This document shows positions 40,905-57,350 of a DNA stretch of 64,000 nt, piece after piece. The notes beneath the pieces were generated by a model. That model worked only from the letters and a program-made list of their open reading frames with translations. It searched no databases and was not told where the DNA came from. Each line of letters starts with the position of its first letter. Positions within the stretch are counted from its first letter, which is position 1. The translations under genes and the position numbers were made by a program. The DNA comes from Epiperipatus broadwayi (taxonomy: Eukaryota; Animalia; Onychophora). The stretch is from positions 17,298,001 through 17,362,000 of the forward strand of contig JAQFVV010000003.1 in the NCBI GenBank assembly GCA_028023455.1. Direction: 5' to 3'.

Positions 40905-41070
40905 ATGCATTCAATATTCTTATATAATAATAGTAGTAATAATAATAATAACAATAGTAGTAGAAGCAGAAGCAGCAGCACAGCAGCATCAGTAGTAGTA
41001 ATAGCAGTAGCAGCAGTATCAGCAGTAGCAGCAGCAGTAGTAGTAGTAGCAGTAGTAGTAGTAGAAGGAG
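40905..41070. repeat. Compound (AAT)/(AGT)/(AGC) microsatellite
   Basis: Visible trinucleotide runs. Confidence 0.9.
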
Positions 41071-41399
41071 GACGAGGAGAAAGAAGAAGTCATATTTATC
41101 TCTCTATTCAAAGTCATCATTGATTAATATGTTAAATTATAACTAGAATTACATATTATTCACCTATCGTAATATTTACTAAAGCTTTCACAACATATGT
41201 ATATTCTCAATGTAGAAAGCTTATCTGGGATAGGCAGATAATAAACATTTTACTGAGACACTTTCGATGTTCACTAGCAGTCATTGGATTGGGTTTACAC
41301 AATATTAATGTATTTATGGTCCAAAAGACACTTAACCTAATATCCTCATGCTCAGAGATATTTTCACAGCTGAAAATAACAATAAAAATTACACACACA

Positions 41400-42440
41400 G
41401 ATAAACCCTCTCCAAGTAATGGATACTGGAAACATTGACAATCACATCCATTCCTAATTTTTCTTTTCCCCCACCTAGGTTTAAATTTAAATATTATCAG
41501 GTTTACTCAATGTTGCATATTCCTTCTGAAGATCTGGTAAATTCATCAATTCTCAAACAACAAGCTTTTAATCTGGAAATTTAAATTTTGGATGGTAGAG
41601 CCAAAATATTGTGATTTTTTTTATTAAAGAAAACCTTGAGTCCCTGCCTACTTTGCATTTCTACAGACATAAAAGGCAGGGTATGAATGTAGATGATCAA
41701 TGTAATATGTGTCATAAAAATGTAGAAACACATGCTCACATTTTTTTTTGAATGTCCATGTTTTAATAATATAAGATCTGCAATTCCTGAGTTTTTCAAT
41801 AAAGCCAACCTTAATGTAGAATCTCTTTTCAAAGTCTTCAATTTAGGCATTTATGCAAATATTAGAGCATGCACCTTTATTCTATATGGTGCACTAGGTG
41901 CATCTTTATGTATAATAATAACCCAAAAGGCATCTTAATACCTTGTGGAATAAATTTGAAACAATCAAAGTAAGAGATAGAAAAATAACCCCTGTTAGTA
42001 CCTTTCATGCAACTTGGTCTCTTTTATGACCGTATGTGAGGTCTCAGCACAATACATCTAGCTCTGAATGATAAAAGGGCAGAAAAAAATAGAATGTTTG
42101 GATATAATTATATTGTTTGTATAGTTTATTTTCTCCATTGTAATATATTTGTACATATTACTGTTACATTTTACTTATGTTAAACATATAACAATTAACA
42201 TTGTTATACTGTATAATCTATGTAACACAATCATTGTTTTTTTTGTTGTTTTTCATTGGTGCTAAATAATCAAATTATGTAAACATATAAAAATAATCAA
42301 TGTAAATAATCTATGATCATTTGTAACTCAATAATGTTTCTATTTTTGTTAATGTAGCTAAGTAATCAGATATATGTAAAATATTAATGTACATCTAGTG
42401 ATTCAATGTAATGCAATGTTAGAAAGTTTAATAAAGTGCT
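41400..42440 (+). mobile_element. L1/Tx1-like LINE 3' end with zinc-finger (zf-RVT-like) and 3' UTR
   Basis: LPTLHF...CNMCHKNVETHAHIFFECP...LW. AATAAA at about 42428 directly precedes the microsatellite. Confidence 0.8.
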
Positions 42441-42452
42441 TTGAAAACTAAT

Positions 42453-43806
<1,354 letters not shown>

Positions 43807-43819
43807 TTCACCATCAAAT

Positions 43820-46800
43820 GTCTATTTATTCACAACCAAGATAACAAGCTCTTGTTTTTATGCTCCAGAAGTACTAAACTTAAGCCTGACAAAGTAAGAA
43901 CCTTATCCTGATATATCTTTTTCAATTTCCAATGAGTTGATAATTAATTAATCATTTTGTGTTACATTTTCCATTCAAAATTTCAATTAAAATAAGGTTA
44001 CCAAATCATAATTTAAAAAAACAATATGGTGACAAAGCCATCACATGAACAGATGTTAGCTGCCAATATTACCAGCATAGAATTTCAAAATCCAAAGTTC
44101 AGTCAAACATAGGCTCATTTTAAATTTTATTGTAGCAGATTCCAATCTTTGCTTGAAAAAAAAAATCTGTTTCAATTTTACCAGAAAGTAATTCACTTGC
44201 TCTCAAACAAGTTAATAACCTCTGGGTTTTTTGCTTAAAAAGAATTCAAAATCTTAGTCTATAAGTACTGTGCACTAACCAATTGTAACACTAGTGTCTT
44301 ATTAATCACCATGTGGTGATAAATAGTATTACAACAACCACTCCAAGCTCCTGCAAAGACTAAAGTTTTAATCAGGAAAAGAATAGTTGGAGCTGAGAAA
44401 AGTTCCCTATTTAGTGGGTAAGTGACTTTTCATTAAATCTTGTTATAAAAGGGGATAAAACCTCCAAATCTGCTAAAAGCAAGAATAAAAAACTTTCTGT
44501 AGATATTTCTAATATGGCCGATAAAAGTTTAAATAATAGAAATGACAAAATAGACAATAATTGTGCAAAAGCTGAAAAAAGTTTTCACCAAGTTAGAAAC
44601 CTACCTAAATCACAATTCTCTAAGTCAAATGATAATTATTACAACAATTCTGATTCACAACATCTCAAATTCCATGAAAACCAAAAGAAAACTGATCAGA
44701 GAAAACCTAGTCAATCATTAAAAATCAATAATGTCAGTATAGAAGACAATATTACTAGTTCTAAAATTATTAAAAATGAGACAGAAGTACCTAAATTAAT
44801 GATTTCTGAAACCTTGAACAAATTGCTAATTATTATAACAACTATCTCAACATACATAAGAATAATAGCAACATAAATTAAAAACACTTAGTAGAATTTG
44901 TTTTAAAAAGCCATTTGAGGGCACTACAAGTGATAACAATGTTATGAAAAATCTTAAAGGTGAAAAATCACATTCTAATGAATCTGCACACTCTAAACAC
45001 AATAAAATCAAAGAAAGTGTTTTTCCACATCAAGAACAAAGTAAAAGTATGTCAATAAGTTATAATAGTAACAACAAAAGTAAAACCTATGCCAATATTC
45101 TTAAAAAGGAAAGTGATAAGTTAAAGAAAAATGGAAACACAATAAATAAGAAACAAAATTCTATACTGAATTTTCTTGATATGGAAATTGATAATATATC
45201 ACAACAAATAGAAGTTCACAATGAAGAAAATATAATACAACTCACCAAAGAAGAATATCAAAGAATAAATACCCAATTTAGCAACTCAATCTCTGATCTC
45301 TTGCTAAATTCTTTTACACACTATATCAATGACAAAACCCTAATTTTGGCCATAACAAATTGTAATGGAGAATTATTTAAATTCTTTATAGAGAAATTTT
45401 ACAACTTAATCTTTGAAAATAATATTTGGATGAGTATTAATAAGATCTTTTCCCATCCAAATGATAGATACATAATTACCTAATTTACTTCATGGTCTAC
45501 TAGAAATTGTTTCAAAAATAACATTAGACACTCGGATGGGAAAATCACCTGCACAATTGATATAAATAGAGAAGATGCTAGCTTGGTACTCAGACAAATA
45601 CAAATTCAAATTGAATAAGGACAAATCAGCCTCCTGGAGCTTGCTAACTGGGAGGAAAATCGCTTCCAACTTCACAGCTGATCCTTAGAAATTTCTAGGT
45701 TTTAATTTTTCAAAATCAAATAGTGCTATGAGGAGAGAAATTGAAGAATCCCTCTTAACAGATATTTGCCAGATAACAGTCTCCCTTTCCAAAATATATG
45801 TTTCACTTCAAAATAAGGTAAGACTCTTAAACTCATTGATATTCCCAAAAAATAATTACTTCTTATCTGGTATCTGTCCCTCCAAAAAATTTTATCAAAA
45901 AAATAAACTCTCTATGTGCAAACCTATTCTGGGGCCAAAAAATTGCTGTCACTAGCCTTCAAAACCTCCAAATGCCTAGAAGGCTACATGGCCTTTCACT
46001 CCATTGTATCAAAACCATGATATTTCAGAGGAATTATAATCTACTGTTCTGGCTTCAAAATAAATACTCGACTATTTCATATCAAGAAGTTGTCGCACCA
46101 ACAAATAGACCACCACCCACTAATAATAGATCATGGAATTCGTTATTTGATAATATTTGGAAAATGGTTGAACTGAATGAAAATCCAATTATATCAAAGA
46201 TTAAATATTGGAATGTACATAAAATAATACATGGGAAAATAACATAAACAAAGGGGCCATTGGAATTACTAATCAGCAACTGATTTCGAGATCAAAATTC
46301 TGGTTTATTGAGGCAAAATTTCAAGATTTCTTAATACAAATCAACCTGAAGTCACTCCCTATGAACTTATTTTTGGCATACAGGAGAAATTTCAAGAAAA
46401 TCAATCCTGTGTGCCAGATGTGTGAGAGAGAGGAGGAATCAATTGACCACATTTTTCTTAGATGTCCCAGGATGTCCAATTACAGATTGATAACTCATAT
46501 GAATGGAAAATATAAATGAATTAAAGACTATAAGGTGAGTCTATTTACAGACACAAGACTGGTGATTTTTGTGAATTATGCTCTGTGGTGTGTCAGATGT
46601 AAAGTAACAATTGATGGGATGAGAGACCCACATGGCACTAAATTCAAGAACATTATGGAGAAAATCATGAAGAGGGACCAACTAGTTGTTTCAAGCTATA
46701 ACACAAGAGCAACATGGGAGAAGGTTGAATCTACTTTACTTCAAATAGATATGTAATTGGTGTCATTTTTGTATTTGTAGCATTCAATATAGCAATAGAA

Positions 46801-46830
46801 TAAAATTTCTTTTTTTTTACAAAAAAAAAA
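43820..46830 (+). mobile_element. Internally deleted L1/Tx1-like LINE: ORF1, RT C-terminal part, zinc finger, poly(A)
   Basis: Basic, low-complexity ORF1 pieces (44514..44876, 44944..45483), then KFKLNKDKS..KFLGF, KVRLLNSLIFPK and CQMCEREEESIDHIFLRCP. AATAAA at 46799 and A10 at 46821-46830. No endonuclease or RT N-half seen. Confidence 0.8.
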
Positions 46831-46849
46831 CCCTTAGTCTAATACAAGA

Positions 46850-47900
46850 TAATAATATACCGTTAATCAGTTGATTACTTACTTCCAACTTTGTGTTACA
46901 TTTTTTATTCAAACTTTCAAATAAAATGATAATTTAAAACAAAAAGCCATCACATGGCCAGTGTTTGCTGTCAATAATACCAGCACAGAGTTTCTAAGTC
47001 CAAAGGTCAGTCAAGCATACCATTAATTTTAATGTTATTGTAGAAAACTCAGATCTTTCTTTAGTAATAAAAATTCAATATCAAGTTCCCAGCAATTAGC
47101 TCACTTGCTTACAATAAAGAAGCTGTGGCTGTATATGCTTATAATGTAGACAAAACCTTAACCTAGCAAGGAAAAAAACAACTTTATATATTTTTTTCAA
47201 TTTGCAATCAGTTGATAACTTATTTCCAATTTTGTCTTAAATGTTTCATCAAAATCTTCAACTAAAACAGGCAAAACTTTCTATATGTATTGGTGATCAT
47301 GTGAAATCTTCAACTAACATCAAGTTACTAGATAATTTCAAAAACCATTCACCAGTTTTAATAACAATGCCAAACCTAACCACCTATCCATATTTTACCC
47401 TGTCTTCCTATGCCTGGACTCTCTAACTATAACAGCCAGACCCAGAATCTGACCAACCTACCACAAACTATAACTCAACAATTGCAACCAGTTCTAACAT
47501 AGCCATACTACCAGCCCTCTCTTGAAATTGTTACTCTCTACTCATGGATCTCACACCTAAATCTCATCAAAAGCCTTACCCAGACTCCACTTCTAACACA
47601 CAGCTACCACAACTTAACTGTTGCAACAATTCTAACATAGCTATACCATTGCCTCATCTAGAACACTCATGTATTCAAATGCACCAGAAAATGGGCATGG
47701 TAGGTTTGTACTAATTGTGAAAGTAATCATGCCTTGTCTTCCACCCATACCAACACCCTCCCCAACACATATTGCCAATGAAACCAAGAGAAAACCTGGT
47801 TGCCTAAAGAAGATCCAGAACCTCAAAAAATAAAAAAAATAACTGGTATTGATTTCATATCAGTGCTGAGCTCACAAACAATCACCACCCTACCATGAAA
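46850..47900 (+). mobile_element. 5'/ORF1 fragment of a related L1/Tx1-like element
   Basis: 46865-47115 is homologous to 43950-44215. The distal part is P/S/T-rich, ends ANETKRKP and matches 6960-7310 (-). Confidence 0.6.
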
Positions 47901-48003
47901 ATTGCTAGTCTCTCACCTATGTTACCCAGACCACTCAACCACATATAAAACTAAACCTGGTTTGCATCTGTAGATACAGTAATTCAGAGAAAGTAAAATT
48001 TAT

Positions 48004-48508
48004 TTAATCTTGTGTAAATCAGTAAATCAACTTTTACATATGTAAATCTACTACTATAGATTGCCCATGTAATCACAGCAATCAAAGCTATGTAAAACTC
48101 TTGTAATTAATCCATAACATAATCCATAACATATAAAAATTCCTGTAATCTTGTGTAAATAAATAAATCAACTTTTATATATTTAAACCTACTACTATAG
48201 ATTGTCTATATAACCACAACAATCGAAGCTATATAAAACCATAGTAATTAATCCACAGCATGAAAAAGTTCTTGTAATCTTGTGTAAATCAATAAATCAA
48301 GTTTTACATATGTAAACTTATGTCTATGGATTTTTCATGTAGCCACAACATTCCAAGCTATATAAAACTCTTGTAACTAATCCATAGCATGTAAAAATTC
48401 CTGCAATACTATGTAAACCAATAAATCAATTTTTATATATGTAAACCTACAACTATGGATTGCCCATGTAAACACAGCAATTCAAACTGTGTAAAACTCT
48501 TGTAACTC
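48004..48508. repeat. Tandem repeat, ~128-bp unit, about 4 copies
   Basis: Recurring aatcttgtgtaaatcaataaatcaacttttacatatgtaaacctac...aaaactcttgtaa. Confidence 0.9.
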
Positions 48509-48537
48509 TCTAAGACAAATAAAGTTTATTATTGAAA

Positions 48538-48612
48538 CATCATCACCATCATCATCATCATCATCATCATCATCATTATAATAATAATAATAATAATAAT
48601 CATCATCATCAT
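48538..48612. repeat. (CAT)n/(AAT)n microsatellite
   Basis: Visible runs. Confidence 0.95.
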
Positions 48613-49029
48613 CTTCAAGAAGAAAAAAAACAAAAAACAAGCATAAAATTACATTTTCTATGTCAAACTTCTCAAATCCATTCAATTTGTGTGTTTAGAG
48701 AACAATATAAACCACCACAAAATTTTATAAAAGAAAGAAAAGTGTATTAATCACCATAAGAAAGCATACATATTTGAGAATATATAATAGTTATAGAATC
48801 AAAGAAATAAATTATAGTAATAAATGTTGGCTTGTATATGTTTTTATTGGTAAAATAACTTCAGATTATGTGCACCACTAATATTAATGATATTTCATAT
48901 TGTTATATCACTGAAAATGGCCAGTAGCATATTTGTACTCTTAAACTTTTTTTTAAATGTTTAAAGTTGGTATAATTTTGTTCAATTCTCTGACATAGTG
49001 ATCATTAACTCGTTCATTGTTTATTCTTT

Positions 49030-49800
49030 TCACATCTTTTGCATGGTTATTAATCCTTGGGTCACAATGGCTGATTATGTTGCAAAGCTGTTTTGATGGT
49101 AGATTTTATAGTTATGTTTTAGAAAGGTAATTTTGCAAATCATATTAATGATTTAGGTTAATATATCAAGTAATGATATAGGCAGCAGAATATCATTTTA
49201 GACTTTATCTTTCTAGGATTTTACAGCCTAGCATATTTTTATTGCTAAGCTCTTCATGGTTTGAGAATGATGACCAGAACATTTCTTGACTCCAATTCTA
49301 ATAATGGAAGATTATAGCTTTGATTTAAGGAAAATGCTGAAAAGTATGCTTTTATTGCTAAATGTTTTTTTCATCATGATTGGTTTCTTATGTTAAAATA
49401 AGATAATGATGATTTCAGTCTCATAGTCTGTCTAGGGTTGCATTGATCTCAATGTAAAATTATCCTTCATAGCTAATTTTAACTCCCAATCAATTAATTT
49501 TAATCGAACTACAACCTTTAAAAAGCACATTCTTTTATCTTTTATAAATGAACTAACTTTTGGTCAAAAATCATGCTTGGCAAAGCTCACAGGCTAATTT
49601 TCCTATTTGCCAAGACTGTTATTTGATAATACTTCGATTCTTTTGATCTTCTTTATGAAATGAATTGTCTTGACCTGTTTTATTTATACTCCTCACCAAA
49701 GATTTATTTTTCATGTTTTACAATAATTTTATAATATTTTCAAAAATTATTTTAATACAATAATTATTTCTCTGCTTTTCAATAGTCTGGATCATCATTT
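49030..49800 (-). pseudogene. Coding-like relic of unknown origin
   Basis: Frameshifted reading SWQIGKLACELCQA...KKCSGHHSQTMKSLAIKIC...DILLPISLLDIL...KITFLKH. Unassigned. Confidence 0.2.
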
Positions 49801-51585
49801 ATTATTTTTTGAATTTTGTACTTCAATCCTTGAATTTATAGATTTGAGTGTGTGTGTAATTAAATAAATCAAAGTTCACATAATATAATAAGCCAATTTT
49901 TGTTTCAAAAGCGTGTACTTTCAGACCTTTCATAGGCAAATGGTCAAATTTATAATTCAGAAACATATGCAATCACACATTAAAAAACTATGCACACATT
50001 AATGTTCACTTTTTATACAACAACAAACATTTTCAACTCATTTAATAACTGCGTATTTCAGATTAAGAGTTTTACAGCTTCCTTGCAAGCAGTAGTCCCA
50101 GGTTAGCGGATTCGCTTCCTGGCCGATGCTATGACACACAAAAAAAAAAAAAAGACAAAAAAGTATATATATAGAACACATATACTCAATTTAAATTTCG
50201 CTATCATTTCTTTTAAATTTTAATCTTTTTTTTTATCCATGATATAATAGCTATAACAGTCTTAGTTTTATTTGTTTATAGTTTTGCTGGTATGTACCTG
50301 TCTTAAGCTACTTTAGCTCTTTTTTTTTATAATGGTATTATAACTTTGTTCTCAATAGACACAATATAAATACATATAATGTAGCTTCTATAGTAAGTGA
50401 AATAAAAATTAATTTAATTATATATCATTAAAAAAAGAGTTAGTAGTAAAATTACATAATATATAAGACCTATTCTACAGAATCTACTTGCTTTTTTAGA
50501 TAAAACTTTGTATATTCAATTGCTTTTAATTCATAATAAATAGAATAATATTATTATTTATTTTGAAAATAAACAGACATTGTAATTATATGCTTAAAAG
50601 TCTAAAAGCAACTAACAAGTACTATCATCAAAAATTGATATATTTGGGATTAAATTAATTATAGATATTTTAAAAATAATTATAAAAGGATTTCAATGGA
50701 ATTAAAAAGTTCTTTCTTTCTGAAGAATGAAACGTGTATCAATAGTTTAGAAAAATTATGTATATAAAAAAGAATATTTTTGGTCCTAATATTGACTAGT
50801 CAGTGGTTATTAAGATTGTAATATATTAATTACTCAAGTTTACAATAATTAACTAAAATAAGAAATGGAGAACTACCTATATTTACAATACAGATAATAA
50901 TGTAAAAGAATCAAATGTGTTGATATAAAAATATGATGCTTTGTAAATATCCAAGAAAGCTTAATTTTTTTTACATGGGCAGATTTTAGCAAGAATGTGA
51001 TTTATCACTTCAATCTATAACTCTTATGAACTTATTATAGTCTTCTGAAAGCACTCTATTGTTCTTTTCCATACTTCACAATTTTGAGGACATACATAAT
51101 ATCTCTTGAAATCAGATTGATGAAATACCTAATCTTATTTATTCATCACACTAAAAAGTAACGTTCAGAATATCTTCAACAATATTGGATCATCTCACAC
51201 TATATGCCAAAAATAAGAGAGTTTCAGCCTTTTACTTAGTACTGATAATCTTCTGTTGAAGTTTTTTTAAATTAGATGTATTAGACTTGCAAATGGTTCA
51301 GAGCATTAGAAACTTTTTCCATATAGCAGCATATTTCAATAACATCTACTTTATTTATTTGCATTTTTAAGCATCCATGATTTAGTTGCATAAATAAAAC
51401 TAATGATCAATTTTAATTTAATGACCTTTGAAATATTGTAATCTCTTCATACAATAAAGTTTACAACGCAAATGGATTGCCCATAAACACATGTAATACT
51501 ATTGGATATAAAATTATTTCTTGCATAAGAATCTAAAAACTTTAAATATGATCATGGATCCTAACTCATCAAGTGAATTATTCAA

Positions 51586-51616
<31 letters not shown>

Positions 51617-53599
51617 TTCCTGAATAAAAGTATCAAAAAAGTAAACTGTAAAGTCTTTTACTGATCAGTTACTTGAGGAATCATATTTTCATTGATTTAG
51701 AGAGAGTATGCTCAAATGGTCTTCGCCTGGAGTGAGCTATTTAAAACTGTTTTGCTTGTTACCTATATATATATAAAGAATAATTCATTAATTTCGATTC
51801 AACAACATTGTTTGTTAGCTACAAAGGCTATTTGATGTAGTAAACGGTATTGAAAACTTTACTTATTTGTAAAGTTCTTAGTTTTATTTTACGGTATACA
51901 ACTGCGTGACTTGATTTTTAAAGCAATTATTATTATCGTAAACTCTTAAATTATATTCTTTTTAACTCCAGTGGCCGCCTAGAGTATTTAGCCAGATCTA
52001 TAAAACTTTTTCATTACCTTATCTGCTTTTTATCTGGAAGCCACATTCGGTATTTGTTAAAACTTTAATCTGACATTCATTTTCTTAAATTCAAATGCTT
52101 GTCTTTTATTTAATGATCACTAATCCTCTTAAGAAAATATGAGACCAGGATTTTAAAACCAAATATTGATTGAATTTGATTTTTTTTAAGCTACAAAAGT
52201 AAAAGGAAGAAATATATATATATATTTTAAATTTTAACAGTTATTTTAATATCGGAAGGATTAAAGCTAAGAAAATTAGAGACAAAATCTACATAAATAT
52301 TCTACTTGAAATAGTAAAAATAATAATAATTAATAAAATAGAATATATCTTTATGATATCAAGAACTAACTAAACTTTATAATTCAGCTGTAAATATAAG
52401 TGCTAAAATTTCCAAATACATTATGATAAGTAGACAGTAAAACATTTTCTGACAGCAAACTTCATAAACATATATATAAAGTTAATGCGTATAACGCGTT
52501 TTATTTACAAAAAATAAACGGTTAAATTAAAATTTTCGTATTAAAAAAGATCTCATGCAAATACATTTGCATGTTATATGGAAGATCTGGAATTTGAGTG
52601 AAATTATGAATTCTGTCATGAAAAAAAGTTTGGAATTTTTCTTTTAAATAGTCATCATATTGATAGGCCATCTAATTATTAGTCGTCGGATTAATACGGT
52701 CAGCATTGATTTTAAAACAAAATACAATTGTAATATAATGTAGTCTTAAAAACATCCAAAGGGATATTTTATTTTTATCGATATAAGAGTTTCCTCAATA
52801 TTTGTAAGTACTGAAAAGATATGCATTTTGTATGAATATTTAAAAAAATTTGATTATAAAACTACAATTCTGCAGTAGATTGACTATTAATACTTAATCC
52901 TTGATGATAATTTATAACTAATGGTTTGGAATTTAGATATGTACATAGTTATAAACTTTCACATTATACACATATGTGGCTTCTTGAGTATATATAATAA
53001 TTAAAATATATCACATCCAAGCTAATTTACAGATCACTAATAAATATTTTATTAACAACATTTATTGCCACATTAAGATAAGTTAAAAGATGAGTAAACT
53101 ACTTTGTACCATTTTAGTAAGTGCTTTAGGAAAATTTTGATATCAGGGAAAGCCACTGAATCACCTCTAACATAACCAAGCAATTAAACAATTCAAAACA
53201 AAGCTAAACTCTCCATACGATCGATAGTGATCATGTGATGTTTAGTGGTTTTATAACCAAGCAATACAAAAACCTTCAAAATTTCACCCACATATTACTT
53301 GAAAAAGTTTTTCCAGACATTTTGTCCAGTCTATATAAAATATTCAAATTTTGTTGAAAATTAAAAAGAAGCAAAATACCAAAAACCCCTAAGAGAATCC
53401 ATAGAAAGAACCTGTAAAACCATTCCCAATATTTTGTCCAATTCAAATAAAAATATTAATGTTTCGTTGAAAATTAAAAAACAAAAACAAAGCATATATA
53501 TATAGACAATTGGTGTCATTACAATTAACAAACACTAAAATCAAAACAACTTTAGAGATTTTGTCAAAAGTACATATAAAACTATTTCAGATAAATTAC

Positions 53600-55909
53600 T
53601 AAAATAATGTAAACACATATTAAAATTAATTTTATAATTACAAGACCATGATAAAAATGCATACAAATAAACATCAAATACATTATTGTTTTATAAATGA
53701 AAGAATTAATAAAAAAACAAGTACTTTAAAATTAAACGAAGTTTAGAATGTACCAACAAACTGTTACTGATTTCAAATTGCAACGAAAGAAAGTTTTTAA
53801 AAAAAAACTGTCAGTAGAATAGACAATTTTAAATGGATTCCAAAAATTAAAAAAAAATTACAAGAGAAATATTTATGTTATAAATATTTTAAGATTAAAT
53901 AAAGATAATATCTGTAATTAAAATTTTTTAAAATATCAATAAACTGTTATGGATTTCAAATTTCACCAAAAGGAAAAAAAATAGTATGATGCCAGAAATG
54001 AGAAATATTTATTTTGATATATATTTTTAAACAGCATATATATATATATCTGTAATTAGCAAATATTAATATCAAAATATTTATTTATTCATCTGTCTAT
54101 CTATCCATCCACCCATCCTATCAATCAATATATCTATTTATTTACTTATCTATCTATTTATCTATCTACCTACCTACCTTCTTAGTACTTACTTATAAGT
54201 TGTTATAGTTTTCAAATCTCAATAAAACTAAAAAAAAATCTTGATAATACTTAAAAAAATAAAAACGCTGTGTCACAGGGTGCCTATGATAAGAGGGAGA
54301 AAAAAATTCTAGATTTCTTTCAACCCTTTGACATTGTGATATCAAAGTGAGGAAAATGAAAGCAGTAAAAAAATATGGGCATGTTTTTCCTCAAAAAATG
54401 ATTAAGTTTGATTTTCTAATGGATTTATTTAAGTATGTCTATCTATTTATTTGTCATTTTTAGTATCTTATGTCTATGTATCCACCATCCACTCATTATC
54501 TACTGTCACATCTATCTATATATTTCATTAATTTTTCTATCAAGATATCTATTCAGCCACCTATCTATTTATTTACCCATCTGCTTATCTATCTATATAT
54601 GTCTTTCTAACTAAATATTCAATCATTTATTGGCCTTGATACCTCTACCCATCCATTATTTCATCTATTTACTACCTATCTCTCTCTTTATCTATTCATT
54701 TATCCAGTTTATTTTTCCAACTGTCTATGTATTCATATATTTAGATTTAGCATCCTACTTTCCTAACAATCTATCTATTTAACCATTTCTTCTATCTATT
54801 TACCTATCTATCCATCTATTCTATCTACCTCTCTATCTATCTATATGTATACTCATCCATCCATTTGACCTATCTATTTATCTATCTACTTATTTTCCCA
54901 CCCACTCTATCTTTGTATATTTCTTCAGTGTATCTTTTCATTCATTCTATCTCTCTGTCTATATGCTTATCTCCCTATTTATTTATCTATCTCTGACAAT
55001 TTACTTATCAGTTCTATCTATATATTTAGTGCTAATTTCTCTATTTATGTAAGTACTCATCAGTTTATCTATCTATATCTATTTAATTATCTATGTGACT
55101 TTCTATTTGTCTGTCTATCTTCTCAGCCATCTATCCATTCAACTATTCATTTATTTATTTTATTCATCCATCAATTTCTATATCTATATCTATTTATCTA
55201 TCTATGGATATTTTCTGCCTACCTATTTATCTATCTGTTTAATTATCTAATTACCTCACCTATCCATTGAGTTTTTAGCAATATATCAGTACATCAGCCT
55301 ATCTATCTTTCTATTTATTTATCTAACTTTCAATGCATATGTTTAATTACTCTTTTATGTGACTATCTATTTATCCAACCATCCATATCTTTTCTTTTTT
55401 TTTACCTATTTATGTAACTACTAATCAATTTATTTAACTATGTGTAACTACTTAACTATGTATATGACTTTCTATCTATCTGACTATATTCTCAGCCATA
55501 TATTTACTCAAACATTCATTTATCTATCTAATCATCCATCAACATCTGTATCTATATGTTTTTAGGTCTGTCTGTCTATCTATTCATATACATGTTTAAT
55601 TATCTAATTTCTCACATATCCATAGAGTTTTTATCTATCTAACCATACAGCTACCTATCTATCTTTCTATTTATTTATCTGACTTTCAATCTATCTTTAT
55701 CCTCTCTTTATGTATCTATTTATTTATCCAACCATCCATATCTTTGCCCAGTGTTTCCTCAGACCATCCTTAATATAGATATATAGATAAGAAGCTAAAC
55801 AGATAGATAGATGAATAGATGAACGAACAAATTAATATATAGATACTCTTTATATAAGCTAGGTAGATGGATGAATAGTAGACTAGTGGTTAGCCATATA
55901 AATAAAATG

Positions 55910-55981
<72 letters not shown>

Positions 55982-56203
55982 AGTAGATAGAATGGATGTG
56001 TAGTTACATAGATGAATGGATAGATACATGGAGATAAAAAGATATGTAGATTATTTTTGGATAGATAGATGGATTGATGAATAGATATAAATGGATGGAT
56101 GGGTAGAATGTATAAATGGGTAGATTTATAAACAAATATATAGGCAGGTAGATATATAGGAAGATAGATAGATAAATGAATAGATAGATAGGCATATAGT
56201 TAA

Positions 56204-56262
<59 letters not shown>

Positions 56263-57350
56263 AGGAGGTAAGCAGATAGATAAATAGGAAGGATGGGTGA
56301 AAATATATTCAAGGTCTCTGAATGGATGGCTATATAAATAGAAAGATAGATATATAGAAAGATGAACTGCTCAATGCATTGACAAATAAATATAGATGGA
56401 AGGATGGATATAAGGATATATAGCTGGATATATATATATATTGATTTTTAAATGAATGAATAAATAGAAAAAATAGATAAAGATTGACAGATAGATGGTA
56501 GATAAACATACACATATACAGAAACACAAAGAGATAGAAGAGTGGATGGGTGCATAGATAAACATACAAATACACGGGAAAGCAGATAGAAAATAGATGG
56601 CTGGATAAACATACTTACATAAATATATTAGAAAATATAATTTTTTTTTATTTTTTTGACAAAACATACCCACATTAATTTTATTACTGCTTTTTTTTCT
56701 CAAGACGGGTGCAAAACTTTATTTTTTTCCTGTTCTAATGTCACAATTTCAATGATTTGACTAAAACCTGGTGAGGACTCCCATGACACAACATTGTATT
56801 AAACACCATACCATTTTTTCAAGTTTTATTGATATTTGAAATCTATAATAATTTATAGGTATGTGCATACATAGATTTACTGGATAGATTATAGGTAAAT
56901 ACATAGATATTATAGGTTTTGTAATTAATACTTGCTTATGCATTTTCTGCTCAAAAATGTACAACACAAATATTTTTCAGATATTTTTATTTTAGAAAGA
57001 CATTTGAACTTCTTATTATGCGATCTACTTTTTATTTTTCTTTTGATAAAATTTAAAATCCATAACAGTTTATTGATATTTTTAAAATTGTTTTGATTTT
57101 AATATTTACTAATTACAGGTAATATTATGTGTATTTACTTTTCAAAAACGAACAACATAAAATAAATATTTCTTGCGTTATTTTATAACTATTGATTTTT
57201 TATTTATTAAGAAAGTGTTTGTATTCATTCTTACATTAATTTAAGCATAGTGTTTTATTTGTTTTAATTTAGTAATTTATATATTTGTTAAATGTAAACT
57301 TAATTTCAATTTTAATATTTAGAATGCAGCCACATTTTTATGTTGGTTTA
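53600..57350. repeat. Large diverged inverted repeat of a composite element with TATC/TAGA-rich interior
   Basis: aatatcaataaactgttatggattt at 53932-53956 is inverted at 57056-57080, and 54360-54440 is inverted at 56600-56690. The TCTA-rich tract flips to TAGA-rich near 55770. Confidence 0.7.

Noticed and set aside
56004-56703. Hydrophobic Y/I/L-rich ORFs
   Set aside because: Derived from TAGA and AT simple repeats.
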